Positions 1-8,173 of a stretch of DNA of 59,840 nt are shown here, in pieces; positions within the stretch are counted from its first letter, which is position 1, and each line of letters begins with the position of its first letter. Both the position numbers and the translations under genes were made by a program. Below the pieces are notes generated by a model. That model made no database searches, was not told where the DNA came from, and saw only the letters and a list, made by a program, of their open reading frames with translations. This DNA is from Candidatus Aminicenantes bacterium (GTDB lineage: Bacteria; Acidobacteriota; Aminicenantia; Aminicenantales; UBA4085). The stretch is taken from assembly GCA_022866045.1 (NCBI GenBank), contig JALHTW010000028.1, positions 1 through 59,840 of the forward strand, in the 5' to 3' direction.

Positions 1-264
1 ATCATGAAAGCCCGCCATGAAGACGGCCAGGTCATCCCGATCTCCGAGGCCGAATGGCGGGAGAAGTTCGACAAGATCCGCGAGGAACTCTATGACGATG
101 GGATGGCTAGAGGGGGAGTCATCTCGGGCGAGCATGGGATCGGGCTGGTTAAAAAGAAATATCTTTCCCGAAGCCTGTCGCCGGAGCAAATCGAGCTCAT
201 GAAAGGCATCAAGCGCGCCTTCGACCCGAACGGCATCTTGAATCCCGGCAAAATATTCGATTAA
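1..264 (+). CDS. FAD-linked oxidase, C-terminal fragment (GlcD / D-lactate dehydrogenase-like); 5' end outside the window
   Basis: Frame open from base 1 to TAA 262-264. Tail GEHGIGLVKKKYL...IKRAFDPNGILNPGKIF is the conserved C-terminal signature of GlcD-type FAD oxidases. Confidence 0.75.
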   Translation: MMKARHEDGQVIPISEAEWREKFDKIREELYDDGMARGGVISGEHGIGLVKKKYLSRSLSPEQIELMKGIKRAFDPNGILNPGKIFD

Positions 265-328
265 AATGAAGGGGTCAGACGTCCGAATTAAGAGTTCTGA
301 TCCCATCTTTATTTAAGAAGGAGGAGGC

Positions 329-715
329 ATGGAACGCATCACCGAAATTTTCATCCTTTTGGACAATATACCGTCAACCCTGGACAATCTTTGCGCGTAC
401 CTGGCCGAGGAAGAGATCAATATCGAGGCTATCGGCGTTTTTCACGACACGGCCAAGATCTACGTCAAGAACCTTAATAAGACGGTCAAGGCGCTGTCCA
501 AGCGGGAGGAATACGCCAATCACGAGCTCCGCGATGTGCTTCTTGTGGACCTTGAAAACAAGCCGGGCTCCCTGGCCGAGATCACGTCCAAGCTCGGCGA
601 CGAAGGCATCAACATCGAGTACTGCTACGGGACGCTCAGCCGCAAGGGCGACATGGTCTCGGTCATCCTGGATGTTTCCGATATCGACCGCGCCGAACAA
701 ATCTTGAAAACATAA
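329..715 (+). CDS. ACT domain-containing protein (small-ligand binding regulatory domain)
   Basis: AAGGAGGAGG Shine-Dalgarno just upstream of ATG 329. 128 aa with two ACT-like halves and the glycine loop NKPGSLAEITSKLGDEGINI. Confidence 0.7.
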   Translation: MERITEIFILLDNIPSTLDNLCAYLAEEEINIEAIGVFHDTAKIYVKNLNKTVKALSKREEYANHELRDVLLVDLENKPGSLAEITSKLGDEGINIEYCYGTLSRKGDMVSVILDVSDIDRAEQILKT

Positions 716-999
716 GCGCCGAATTTTTTCTTGCTGGCGCGGCAAAATTTTGCTCATCTTCTTACGTAAATGGAATTTTTTCTTTTCACCCATTTGACAG
801 TGACTTTTCCCTTTGATATAAGCAAAGGGAATTGACCGCCGATTACTTTCAGGAGAAAATCCCTTATGAAAAAAGCCCGAATGATCCACGGGCGCAGACT
901 GAATTTGCCCCAGAATCTTGGTCCAATCGAAAAATATCTCTTTGAATTTTTTATGTGTCGGCGAATTATAGAATGATCTGCATTGAGGAGGAGGCGCGG

Positions 1000-2106
1000 A
1001 TGAACAAGAAAAAGCTCTCAATATTTGCCGGCGCGGCGCTGCTCGTCGTCTTCGGCGCGGCGACCGCGGCCCCGTTCGAGATCAAAGATTTGATCCGGGA
1101 TCTCATCTCCATTCCCTCGGTTCTGGGGAACGAAGAGGCCTTGGCGGCGAAAATCCTGTCGTATCTTCCAAAAGACATCACGGAGAAGGACAATCTCGGG
1201 AGCCTTTTTGCCCGTTTTGGAACGGGTGAGCCGAAGATCGCGGTTCTCACGCCGCTCGACGAATACGGCTGGTTCGTGAGCGGCATCACGCCGGACGGCT
1301 ATTTGAGGCTCGACCGGTCCGGCCAGCCTCATCCGAATTTCGATAATTATCTCCTCGGGCATCCCGTGGTCATCTCAACGAAGAAGGGGCTTCTCTATGG
1401 GGTCGTCTCCCAGCCGGCCATGCATCTCCTAACCCGGGAGAGGCGGGAGGAACTCAGGAATTTCTCGCTCGATATGGCCTACGTGGACATCGGCGTCCGC
1501 TCGGAGGAAGAGGCCAAAAATAAAGGCATCGAGTTCCTCGACCCTGTGACGCTCTGGCCCGACCTCAGCGTGCTGGCTAATGACAAGTGGGCCGGCCCCT
1601 CGCTCGGGCAAAAAGCTGCCTGCGCGCTCGTTTTAAGTTTGGCCGAAGATCTGGGCAAGGCGAAACTCTCCCAGGAGATCGTTCTGTCCTGGATGGCGCA
1701 GACGAAATTCTCGGCCCGCGCGGGAGGGGCCCGTTCCTCGCTTGGCGCGATCCGGGTCAGGAGAACGCTGCAGCCGAAAAGGGTCATCATCGTGGACGTT
1801 GTACCAGCCGACCGCGGCGAGAAAAGCCCTGCCTTCGGCAAAGGCCCGGTCCTCATCCTTCCGAAGGAGGGCGGGCTGAAACTCAAGGAGGCTGTCGAGG
1901 CGATTGCAGCCGAGAACCAGATCTCGCTTCAATCTCAGACGGGCGCTGAATCTGCGCTCCTGAACGCTTTTGCCGGAGAGGAGGCCCTTACCCTGGCGCT
2001 GCCGGTCAAGTTCGCCCAGACGCCTTCGGAGGTCGTGGACTTAAAGGACGTCCAATCTTTGAAAACGATCATCCTCCAGCTTCTTCAATCCGGGAGGGTC
2101 AAATGA
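1000..2106 (+). CDS. M42-family peptidase-like protein, predicted exported and catalytically inactive paralogue
   Basis: GGAGGAGG then ATG 1000; the track ORF starts further up at 955. Signal-like N-terminus MNKKKLSIFAGAALLVVFGAATA. Collinear with the downstream M42 protein, but PLDEYG replaces HSDELG, WMAQTKF replaces WDVEEEI and FAQT replaces YAHS. Confidence 0.65.
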   Translation: MNKKKLSIFAGAALLVVFGAATAAPFEIKDLIRDLISIPSVLGNEEALAAKILSYLPKDITEKDNLGSLFARFGTGEPKIAVLTPLDEYGWFVSGITPDGYLRLDRSGQPHPNFDNYLLGHPVVISTKKGLLYGVVSQPAMHLLTRERREELRNFSLDMAYVDIGVRSEEEAKNKGIEFLDPVTLWPDLSVLANDKWAGPSLGQKAACALVLSLAEDLGKAKLSQEIVLSWMAQTKFSARAGGARSSLGAIRVRRTLQPKRVIIVDVVPADRGEKSPAFGKGPVLILPKEGGLKLKEAVEAIAAENQISLQSQTGAESALLNAFAGEEALTLALPVKFAQTPSEVVDLKDVQSLKTIILQLLQSGRVK

Positions 2107-3365
2107 GAAAACTCTTATTGTCGTCGCTCGCGTTCGCGATCGTCTTGAATTTCGCAGCGTCCTCGCCGCAGAACGGCCAGCCCGCTTCAGGCTGGGACCT
2201 GCTCCGAAAGATCGTCCTCATCCCGGGCCTTTCGAGCCAGGAAGGGAAGGTCATGGACTTCATCCAGTCCACCCTGCCGTCTTCGCTCAAGGTCCAGCGG
2301 GACGCGAAAGCCAATGTCTGGTTCACGGTCGGTGAAGGCAAGCCTCATATTCTCTTCGTCGCCCATTCGGATGAGCTGGGTTATACCGTCGATAAGATCA
2401 CTCCGCAGGGGACGGCGATCCTGAGGGCCCGCGGCGGGCTGCTGGCCCAGACTTGCGAGGCGCGGCCCTTCGTCATCCACACGGCCAAGGGGCCGGTCGA
2501 GGGCATCATCCAACCCAAGCCGGATTATTATCTGAGCCAGACCGCTCTTGATCGAGCCGGGGCGCAGACGGCGGCTCAGAATCCTCCCCAGAGCCAGCCC
2601 AGCCCGGCCCGAGTCCCCGCTCAGAAACCGCTTCCGAGTCCCGCTCAAAAACCCGTTCCCGCTCAAGCGCAGACCCCGCCTCAAGGCCAGATCCAGGCCC
2701 GGACCGCTGCTCCTGCCGCGGCCGAGGCTTTTGAGGTCTATCTGGGTGTTTCCTCAGAACAGGAAGCGCGGGCTTTGGGCGTGGCAGAAGGGGACCAAGT
2801 CCTTATCAAGAAAAAGATCGTGGACCTCGCCCCGGATATCATGTCCACGCGAGCCGTGGACGACCGGGCCGGCTGCGCTGCGCTGTTGGCTGCGGCGCTC
2901 CGGATCGACTGGTCGAAGATCAAGACAAAGACGGTCACCTTCGCCTGGGACGTGGAAGAAGAGATCGGCCTCAACGGCGCCCAGGCGCTGGCCAAGATCC
3001 TCAAGCCGGATTACGTCTTCGCCGTCGACACGTTCGTTTCGACGGACTCGCCGCTGGAAAGCAAACGATTCGGCTATGCCGTGCTGGGCAGGGGCGCCGT
3101 GCTTCGCTCGATCGATACGAGCAACGTCACGCCCAAGACCGAGATCCAAAAGGTCGCGAAGATCGCCGAAGCACGCAAGATTCCCATCCAGATCCGGAAT
3201 TCGCGCGGCGGGAATGACGGCTCGGTGTTCGTGGCCGACGGCGCAGTGGACATTCCGCTGTCCTGGCCGGGGGCTTACGCCCATTCGTTCATCGAGAAGA
3301 TCGTGAAGAGCGACCTTGAGGCGTTGACGAACCTCATCGCGGCCATCGTCGAGGAGTGGAAATAA
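2103..3365 (+). CDS. M42-family metallo-aminopeptidase (TET/FrvX/YsdC-like) with signal peptide and P/Q-rich insertion
   Basis: ATGA overlap with the upstream stop. Motifs HSDELGY, VDDRAGC, DVEEEIGLNGA, AVDT and YAHSF are present. Hydrophobic N-terminus MRKLLLSSLAFAIVLNFAAS. Confidence 0.8.
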   Translation: MRKLLLSSLAFAIVLNFAASSPQNGQPASGWDLLRKIVLIPGLSSQEGKVMDFIQSTLPSSLKVQRDAKANVWFTVGEGKPHILFVAHSDELGYTVDKITPQGTAILRARGGLLAQTCEARPFVIHTAKGPVEGIIQPKPDYYLSQTALDRAGAQTAAQNPPQSQPSPARVPAQKPLPSPAQKPVPAQAQTPPQGQIQARTAAPAAAEAFEVYLGVSSEQEARALGVAEGDQVLIKKKIVDLAPDIMSTRAVDDRAGCAALLAAALRIDWSKIKTKTVTFAWDVEEEIGLNGAQALAKILKPDYVFAVDTFVSTDSPLESKRFGYAVLGRGAVLRSIDTSNVTPKTEIQKVAKIAEARKIPIQIRNSRGGNDGSVFVADGAVDIPLSWPGAYAHSFIEKIVKSDLEALTNLIAAIVEEWK

Positions 3366-3367
3366 AA

Positions 3368-3410
3368 ATCCCCCTTCATCCCCTCTTTTTAAAGGGAGAA
3401 GAAGGGGGAT
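3368..3410. terminator. Bidirectional hairpin between convergent genes
   Basis: ATCCCCCTTC (3368-3377) pairs with GAAGGGGGAT (3401-3410). The loop is T/A-rich (CTCTTTTTAAAGGG). It sits between the stops at 3365 (+) and 3423 (-). Confidence 0.5.
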
Positions 3411-3422
3411 GGGGCAGTTCTT

Positions 3423-6071
3423 TTATTCCTTATCCGGGTAGAGCAGCGCGTTGAGCAGAAACTTGTACGTCCCGTGGGACTGAGCGCGGTTCTGGCAGCG
3501 GATGCCGATCAGGATGATGTGCCCGTCCTTGTATTTCGTGTCCACCACCGCCGCTTTGCGGGCGATGACGTTCTCGCCGAGCAACCAGCCGCTCAGCAGG
3601 ATATTGTCCTCGGGGTAGGAGGCGACAACCTTCCGGTCCCATTCGAAGCCGGGCATGGACGTGTCCAGGGCCAGGCTGTTGACGAACATCGCGCCGGCTT
3701 CCTTGGGCATACCGTAGCCGATCGGCGTCTCATTGTCTACGAGGATTTTCAGGATCGAAGTCGGGCAGAAGAACGTCGTCCGGTCTACGTTCTGAAGGGC
3801 ATTTCGCGCCGGAACGTCGTATTCATTGAAGGCCAGGGTGCAGGCCTGGTTGAGCAGAACGACGGCGCCGCCTTTCTCGACGAACGCTTTTAAAGCATCC
3901 ACGCCTTCCTGGCCGATCCCGCCTTCATACTCCGGAGGCGTGGTTGAGGCCGGCTGCCGGGCCTGTGTCCCGCCGGGACCTGCGCCGGGAGCGGCGCTTG
4001 GGCCGCCGCGAGACCCGACGCGCTGCCCTGATTTGATTGTGGTCCCGTTTTCGTCGGCGAAGACGATGACGTCGTAGTCGGCCCGTAGGTCAATCTTCTT
4101 CTCTTTAGTGCCCTTGATGTCTTCGTTATGAAGCGTCTTGAAGGGGAGGCTCATGTCGTCGAACACGTAGCGCGTCCAGCCCTCGTCCATATTGCCCCGC
4201 CATGACTGATAGAGGCCGATACGGTGGAACTTCAACGGCGCCTTGGCGATGTCGGCAGCATCATCGAGGTCGATGACGGTCATTGAATATTTGGACAGAA
4301 GGGCCGGGAGAGCCTTCTTGACGTCGGGTGTGTTCTTGACGATGAAGCTTCCGGCGGGGATGTCGTTGCCTTTTTTCGTGACTTTGGCCTTGGTCCGCCA
4401 GACTTCAGCTTTGGCGTCCTTGAGGAGGGCGAAGGCGATCGAATACGAGGCGTTGATCTGTGAGCCCAGGACGAAATAATTCGCGCCGCCCTGATTCGCC
4501 GGGACCTGAGGATAGGGAGTTTTAATGAGCTTCTCGAGCTTGACCTCAAACGGCTCGTTGATCCGGTCGCAGGCCACGCCCATCTGGAGGGGAAGCGTCC
4601 AGCCGGCGTTATCGTAGGGTGGTTGTGGAGGGCCGCCGGGATACTGCCGCATGTCGGGATATTTCTGTTTTTCGAGGAGCGCCCAGGCGTACGGCTTGTA
4701 GGGTTGGGCCATTTTTACGACGAACGAGCCGGCGGGAAAAAACTTCCCCTCAGCGACGAAGTCGGCCTTGGCCTGATGAATCTCGACGCCGCCCATCTGC
4801 AAAACGTCGAGCAACTTGAGCATGGTGAGGTAATCGTGCTGCTTGGCGGAGATGACGAATGCGAACGGCTGGTTCTTATCCACCTTCTCAATCGAGGTCT
4901 TGGACATCTGGTAGAAGTTAAAGAGGAGGTCTTCCTTATGGAGCGCGGCCGTCTTGATCAGGCTCTGGGACATAACGAGCTCGTAATCGACGATGTCCCG
5001 GAGGCGCCACCAGCCGCCCGGCCAGGGATCGACGAAATCCATCATCTTTTCATTGTAGGACTTCGGGATCTCGGTCGGCTCGACATAGATGGGCGAGGCC
5101 AGGCGGACCGAGGCCGCCTCGCTCAGGAGGCCGATGACGTTGTGCAGCCAGGGTGTGTCGTCGCAGGCGCCGATGTACCAGCCGGTGTAGCTCCGGCCGT
5201 TCACCACGCCGCTCTTTCCGTTTTGCTGGAGGTCGTAGGCCATGGCCGTGCCCAAGAGGTTGACGGTCCGCCAGACGAGCGGCTGGATGTTCGGGAGGGG
5301 CGGGTCCATAAGCGGCGGGATGAAGAGCCGGGCGCCCGTGGAGCCCATCTGGTGCTCGTCGAGGTGGATCTGGGGCAGCCAATCGTGATAGAGGACCTTG
5401 GTCACGGCTTTTGTTTCGGCGAGGTTTATCATATAGAAGTCGCGGTTGTCGTCGTGCCCGGCGTAGTAGTGATACAGCCAGGGCATGCTGCCGCTTTCGA
5501 ATTTCGTGCCGAGGTATTTTTTATACCAGTCAACGACCATCTGGTTGCCGTCCGGGTTGTGCGTGGGGCAGAGGAGGACGATGACGTCGCTCAGGACTTT
5601 CTTAGCGTCGAACGGGGTCTTACCGGTGACCAGGTTATAAGCGAGTTCCAGGGACATCTGCGACGCGGCGATCTCGGTGGAGTGGAGGCTTCCGGTGATG
5701 AGGACCAGGACCTTGCCCTCTTTGGCCAACTTCTTGGCTTCCTCGACGGGGAGCGTGCGCGGATCGCGCAGTTTCTTGGTGATCTCGCGGTAGGAGTCGA
5801 GCTTGGCCATGTTTTCTTCGGACGTAATGACAGCCATGATCAAAGGCTTTTTCATCGTGCTCTCGCCGATGGTGAAGAGCTTGATTTTTTTTGGCGCTTC
5901 CTGGGCCAGCTTTTCGAAGTAAGCCTTGATCTGGTTGTAGTCGGCGAGCTTCTTGTCCGCGCCGACCTTGAAACCCAGGAACGCTTCGGGCGTCGTCTGG
6001 GCGCCGAGGAAGGCGGCCAAGACGATTATGGCCGTAAAAGCGAGCGCGAATTTTTTCAGTCCTTTTGTCAT
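3423..6071 (-). CDS. Large secreted M14-family zinc carboxypeptidase-like protein
   Basis: GGAGG before ATG 6071; the track ORF extends to 6113. Signal peptide MTKGLKKFALAFTAIIVLAAFLGAQ. M14 motifs SLHSTEIA (HxxE) and PTHNPDGNQ. G/P-rich insert encoded near 3925-4035. Confidence 0.8.
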   Translation of the reverse strand: MTKGLKKFALAFTAIIVLAAFLGAQTTPEAFLGFKVGADKKLADYNQIKAYFEKLAQEAPKKIKLFTIGESTMKKPLIMAVITSEENMAKLDSYREITKKLRDPRTLPVEEAKKLAKEGKVLVLITGSLHSTEIAASQMSLELAYNLVTGKTPFDAKKVLSDVIVLLCPTHNPDGNQMVVDWYKKYLGTKFESGSMPWLYHYYAGHDDNRDFYMINLAETKAVTKVLYHDWLPQIHLDEHQMGSTGARLFIPPLMDPPLPNIQPLVWRTVNLLGTAMAYDLQQNGKSGVVNGRSYTGWYIGACDDTPWLHNVIGLLSEAASVRLASPIYVEPTEIPKSYNEKMMDFVDPWPGGWWRLRDIVDYELVMSQSLIKTAALHKEDLLFNFYQMSKTSIEKVDKNQPFAFVISAKQHDYLTMLKLLDVLQMGGVEIHQAKADFVAEGKFFPAGSFVVKMAQPYKPYAWALLEKQKYPDMRQYPGGPPQPPYDNAGWTLPLQMGVACDRINEPFEVKLEKLIKTPYPQVPANQGGANYFVLGSQINASYSIAFALLKDAKAEVWRTKAKVTKKGNDIPAGSFIVKNTPDVKKALPALLSKYSMTVIDLDDAADIAKAPLKFHRIGLYQSWRGNMDEGWTRYVFDDMSLPFKTLHNEDIKGTKEKKIDLRADYDVIVFADENGTTIKSGQRVGSRGGPSAAPGAGPGGTQARQPASTTPPEYEGGIGQEGVDALKAFVEKGGAVVLLNQACTLAFNEYDVPARNALQNVDRTTFFCPTSILKILVDNETPIGYGMPKEAGAMFVNSLALDTSMPGFEWDRKVVASYPEDNILLSGWLLGENVIARKAAVVDTKYKDGHIILIGIRCQNRAQSHGTYKFLLNALLYPDKE

Positions 6072-6149
6072 CCAAGCCTCCTGAAAACTAAAACAATGGC
6101 TTCTTTCTATCACTTGGCTGGTGGGCTGTCAAGGAAGGCTCGGAGTGGG

Positions 6150-6293
6150 GAGGCTTGGGGTGGAGGCTCGAAGGCACGCCGGTTTCCCCAGCGCGGAAAC
6201 CGGCTCGTTCCTCGGCTCGCTCTTCTCGACATTGGGTCGAGAAACCGTGCCCGCTTCGCCTCGGTATGTCCTTCTTCGCCTCCACCCCTCGCC
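6150..6293. repeat. GC-rich structured intergenic repeat, family A copy 1
   Basis: Aligns over about 140 nt with the reverse complement of 22829-22975. Internal stems CCGGTTTCC/GGAAACCGG, TTCTCGAC/GTCGAGAA and GGCACG/CGTGCC. Outer stem GGGGTGGAGGC/GCCTCCACCCC. Confidence 0.7.
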
Positions 6294-6309
6294 AAGATTG
6301 TCCAACGAA

Positions 6310-8052
6310 TTACTGACGCTTGAGCGCGGTCATTTTTGTCTTCCCGAACACGGTCAGGCTTTTGGCCGAGCCGCCGGCGAGTTCGAAAGATATTTTCATG
6401 TTCTTCGCCGAGGCGAGGTCGTGTCCGGCGAATTCCGTTTCAGACAGGGGTTGGAAGGGAAAAAACACGGGCGCGATGAGATCGAGCGGGCCGATGCCGA
6501 TATTTTTGCCGTCGCGCCAGATCAGACGGAAGGCCAGAACTCCTTTTTCGCCCCGCAATACGACGGCGGTCTCAAGGGCCCCTGCTTCCATGGCCGAGGG
6601 GAGGGTCCGCAGGGCTTCTACTCTCTCGATTTTTCCGGTCCTCGATTTGTCCTCCGCGATCCGGCGTTCGAGGAGATCGCGGACACGCGAAAGCCGCTTT
6701 TCCTTATTGTCCAGGGCCTCGCTGAGAGGGCCGAAGTCGTTGCGGAGGACCGCTTCCAGGATGGCTTGGGATCTCTTGTTGAGTTCGTCGAGAGCATTCG
6801 GGTCGATGCCTTCCGGAAAGACGAGCGCAGCGATGGCGTCCTGGCCTTGGGCCCGGACCTGAAGGGAATTGTTTTCGATCGAGACCGCAAAAGAGCCTCC
6901 TGAGGAGAGGCTATAAGAGCCTTCATATTTATTTGAGGCCAAGGTGTCGAGAGCTTTGACGAGAGGAGGCAACGGCACGTCTCCGCCGAAGGCCAGGCCT
7001 TCGATCTTTCCCCGCACCGCGTCGATAAGCGGTCGCCCGCTATAAAATTGATTGCAGAGGAGGATCGTAACGATGCCGGCATCCACGTAGCGCCTTATCT
7101 CGGCGTTGTTGCCAAGGTCGCTTCCGCCGTTGTGCTGGATGAGCGTGCCCCGCGGAGTTTTCAAGACATCCCAGCCATAGGCGTACTCGTTAAGAAAGGG
7201 CGTGAAGAGCTTTTTCTTCGCGGCGGCCGAAAGGATCTTTTCGCCGAGCAGGGCCTTGTGCCATTTGAACATGTCATCGGTCGTGGACAGAATGCCGCCG
7301 TTGCCGATGAGGTTCCAGTAGGGGAACGGCCGTTCGAGTGAATTGAAGTTGTCCTGTCCGCGGCTGTACCAGTGGGCTACGGCGCGCGTGTTCCATTTCG
7401 GCCGGCGGTACCCGGTCCATTCCATGCCGGCCGGCCTAAAGAGGTGCTCGTAAAGATATGTTTCATAGGGACGGCCCGAGACTTTTTCGACGATGGCGGC
7501 CAACAAGGTGTAATTGACATTCGAATAGGCGAATTGCTTGCCGGGCTTCGATTCCAGAGGCAGGGCCAAGATTTTTCGGACGGTCTCGTCCCTTTCTGCC
7601 TTTTCGTAGTCGCCTCCGACATCGGGAACGAGGCCGGACGTGTGCGTGAGGAGGTGGTGAAGAGTGAGGCCGGATTTATCGGCGGGGACGTCTTCGATAT
7701 ATGTAGTCAGGGGATCTTCTGTTTTGAGCTTGCCCTGCATTTCCAGGGTCATGATAGCTGCGGCTGTGAATTGTTTGGTGATCGACCCGAGGCAAAAAAT
7801 GGTGTCCGCCGTGTTCGGGACATTCTGCGACCGGATGGCGAGTCCATAGCCTTTATTGAGAAGAATTTCATCTCCTCTCGCCACGAGCACAGCGCCGGCA
7901 AATCCGAAGGGAGTGATTCCCGTCAGATATCGGTCGATCTTGGCCCCAAGCCCGGATTTGACGATCTCGGCTGCCCCGGCCTCCGACGCAAGCAAAAGAG
8001 AAAGAAATCCTAATATCCATGGGAAACAAGACTTTTTTTGAAATTGTTTCAT
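6310..8052 (-). CDS. Secreted serine hydrolase, beta-lactamase / DD-peptidase fold (class C-like) with extra C-terminal domain
   Basis: Signal peptide MKQFQKKSCFPWILGFLSLLLASEAGA. SxxK motif SITKQF and YSN motif (FAYSNVNY). GGAGAGG before the ATG. Confidence 0.8.
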   Translation of the reverse strand: MKQFQKKSCFPWILGFLSLLLASEAGAAEIVKSGLGAKIDRYLTGITPFGFAGAVLVARGDEILLNKGYGLAIRSQNVPNTADTIFCLGSITKQFTAAAIMTLEMQGKLKTEDPLTTYIEDVPADKSGLTLHHLLTHTSGLVPDVGGDYEKAERDETVRKILALPLESKPGKQFAYSNVNYTLLAAIVEKVSGRPYETYLYEHLFRPAGMEWTGYRRPKWNTRAVAHWYSRGQDNFNSLERPFPYWNLIGNGGILSTTDDMFKWHKALLGEKILSAAAKKKLFTPFLNEYAYGWDVLKTPRGTLIQHNGGSDLGNNAEIRRYVDAGIVTILLCNQFYSGRPLIDAVRGKIEGLAFGGDVPLPPLVKALDTLASNKYEGSYSLSSGGSFAVSIENNSLQVRAQGQDAIAALVFPEGIDPNALDELNKRSQAILEAVLRNDFGPLSEALDNKEKRLSRVRDLLERRIAEDKSRTGKIERVEALRTLPSAMEAGALETAVVLRGEKGVLAFRLIWRDGKNIGIGPLDLIAPVFFPFQPLSETEFAGHDLASAKNMKISFELAGGSAKSLTVFGKTKMTALKRQ

Positions 8053-8173
8053 CGACGCACCTCTCCTCCCCGAAAATTTTTCACCTTGTTCAACTCAAGA
8101 AAGGCTTTTTCCGTTGCCGTCTGTTCTTTTGATGAGCGAAGCGGCGGGGGTTAGACGGAGATCTGAGCCTGGT

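Noticed and set aside
955-999. N-terminal extensions offered by the ORF track (also 6072-6113, 22705-22764, 25026-25085, 32274-32327, 42048-42179, 53332-53421)
   Set aside because: In each case an internal ATG is preceded by a GGAGG-type SD or forms an ATGA/TTGA stop-start overlap, and it begins a signal peptide or the conserved family N-terminus. The extensions start at GTG/TTG or add non-homologous residues.
4623-6323. 566-aa plus-strand ORF, the longest unexplained ORF in the track
   Set aside because: It is entirely antisense to the well-supported M14 gene and then runs through the family A repeat. The G/R/V/D/E/L-rich composition with no motif is typical of reverse frames of GC-rich genes.
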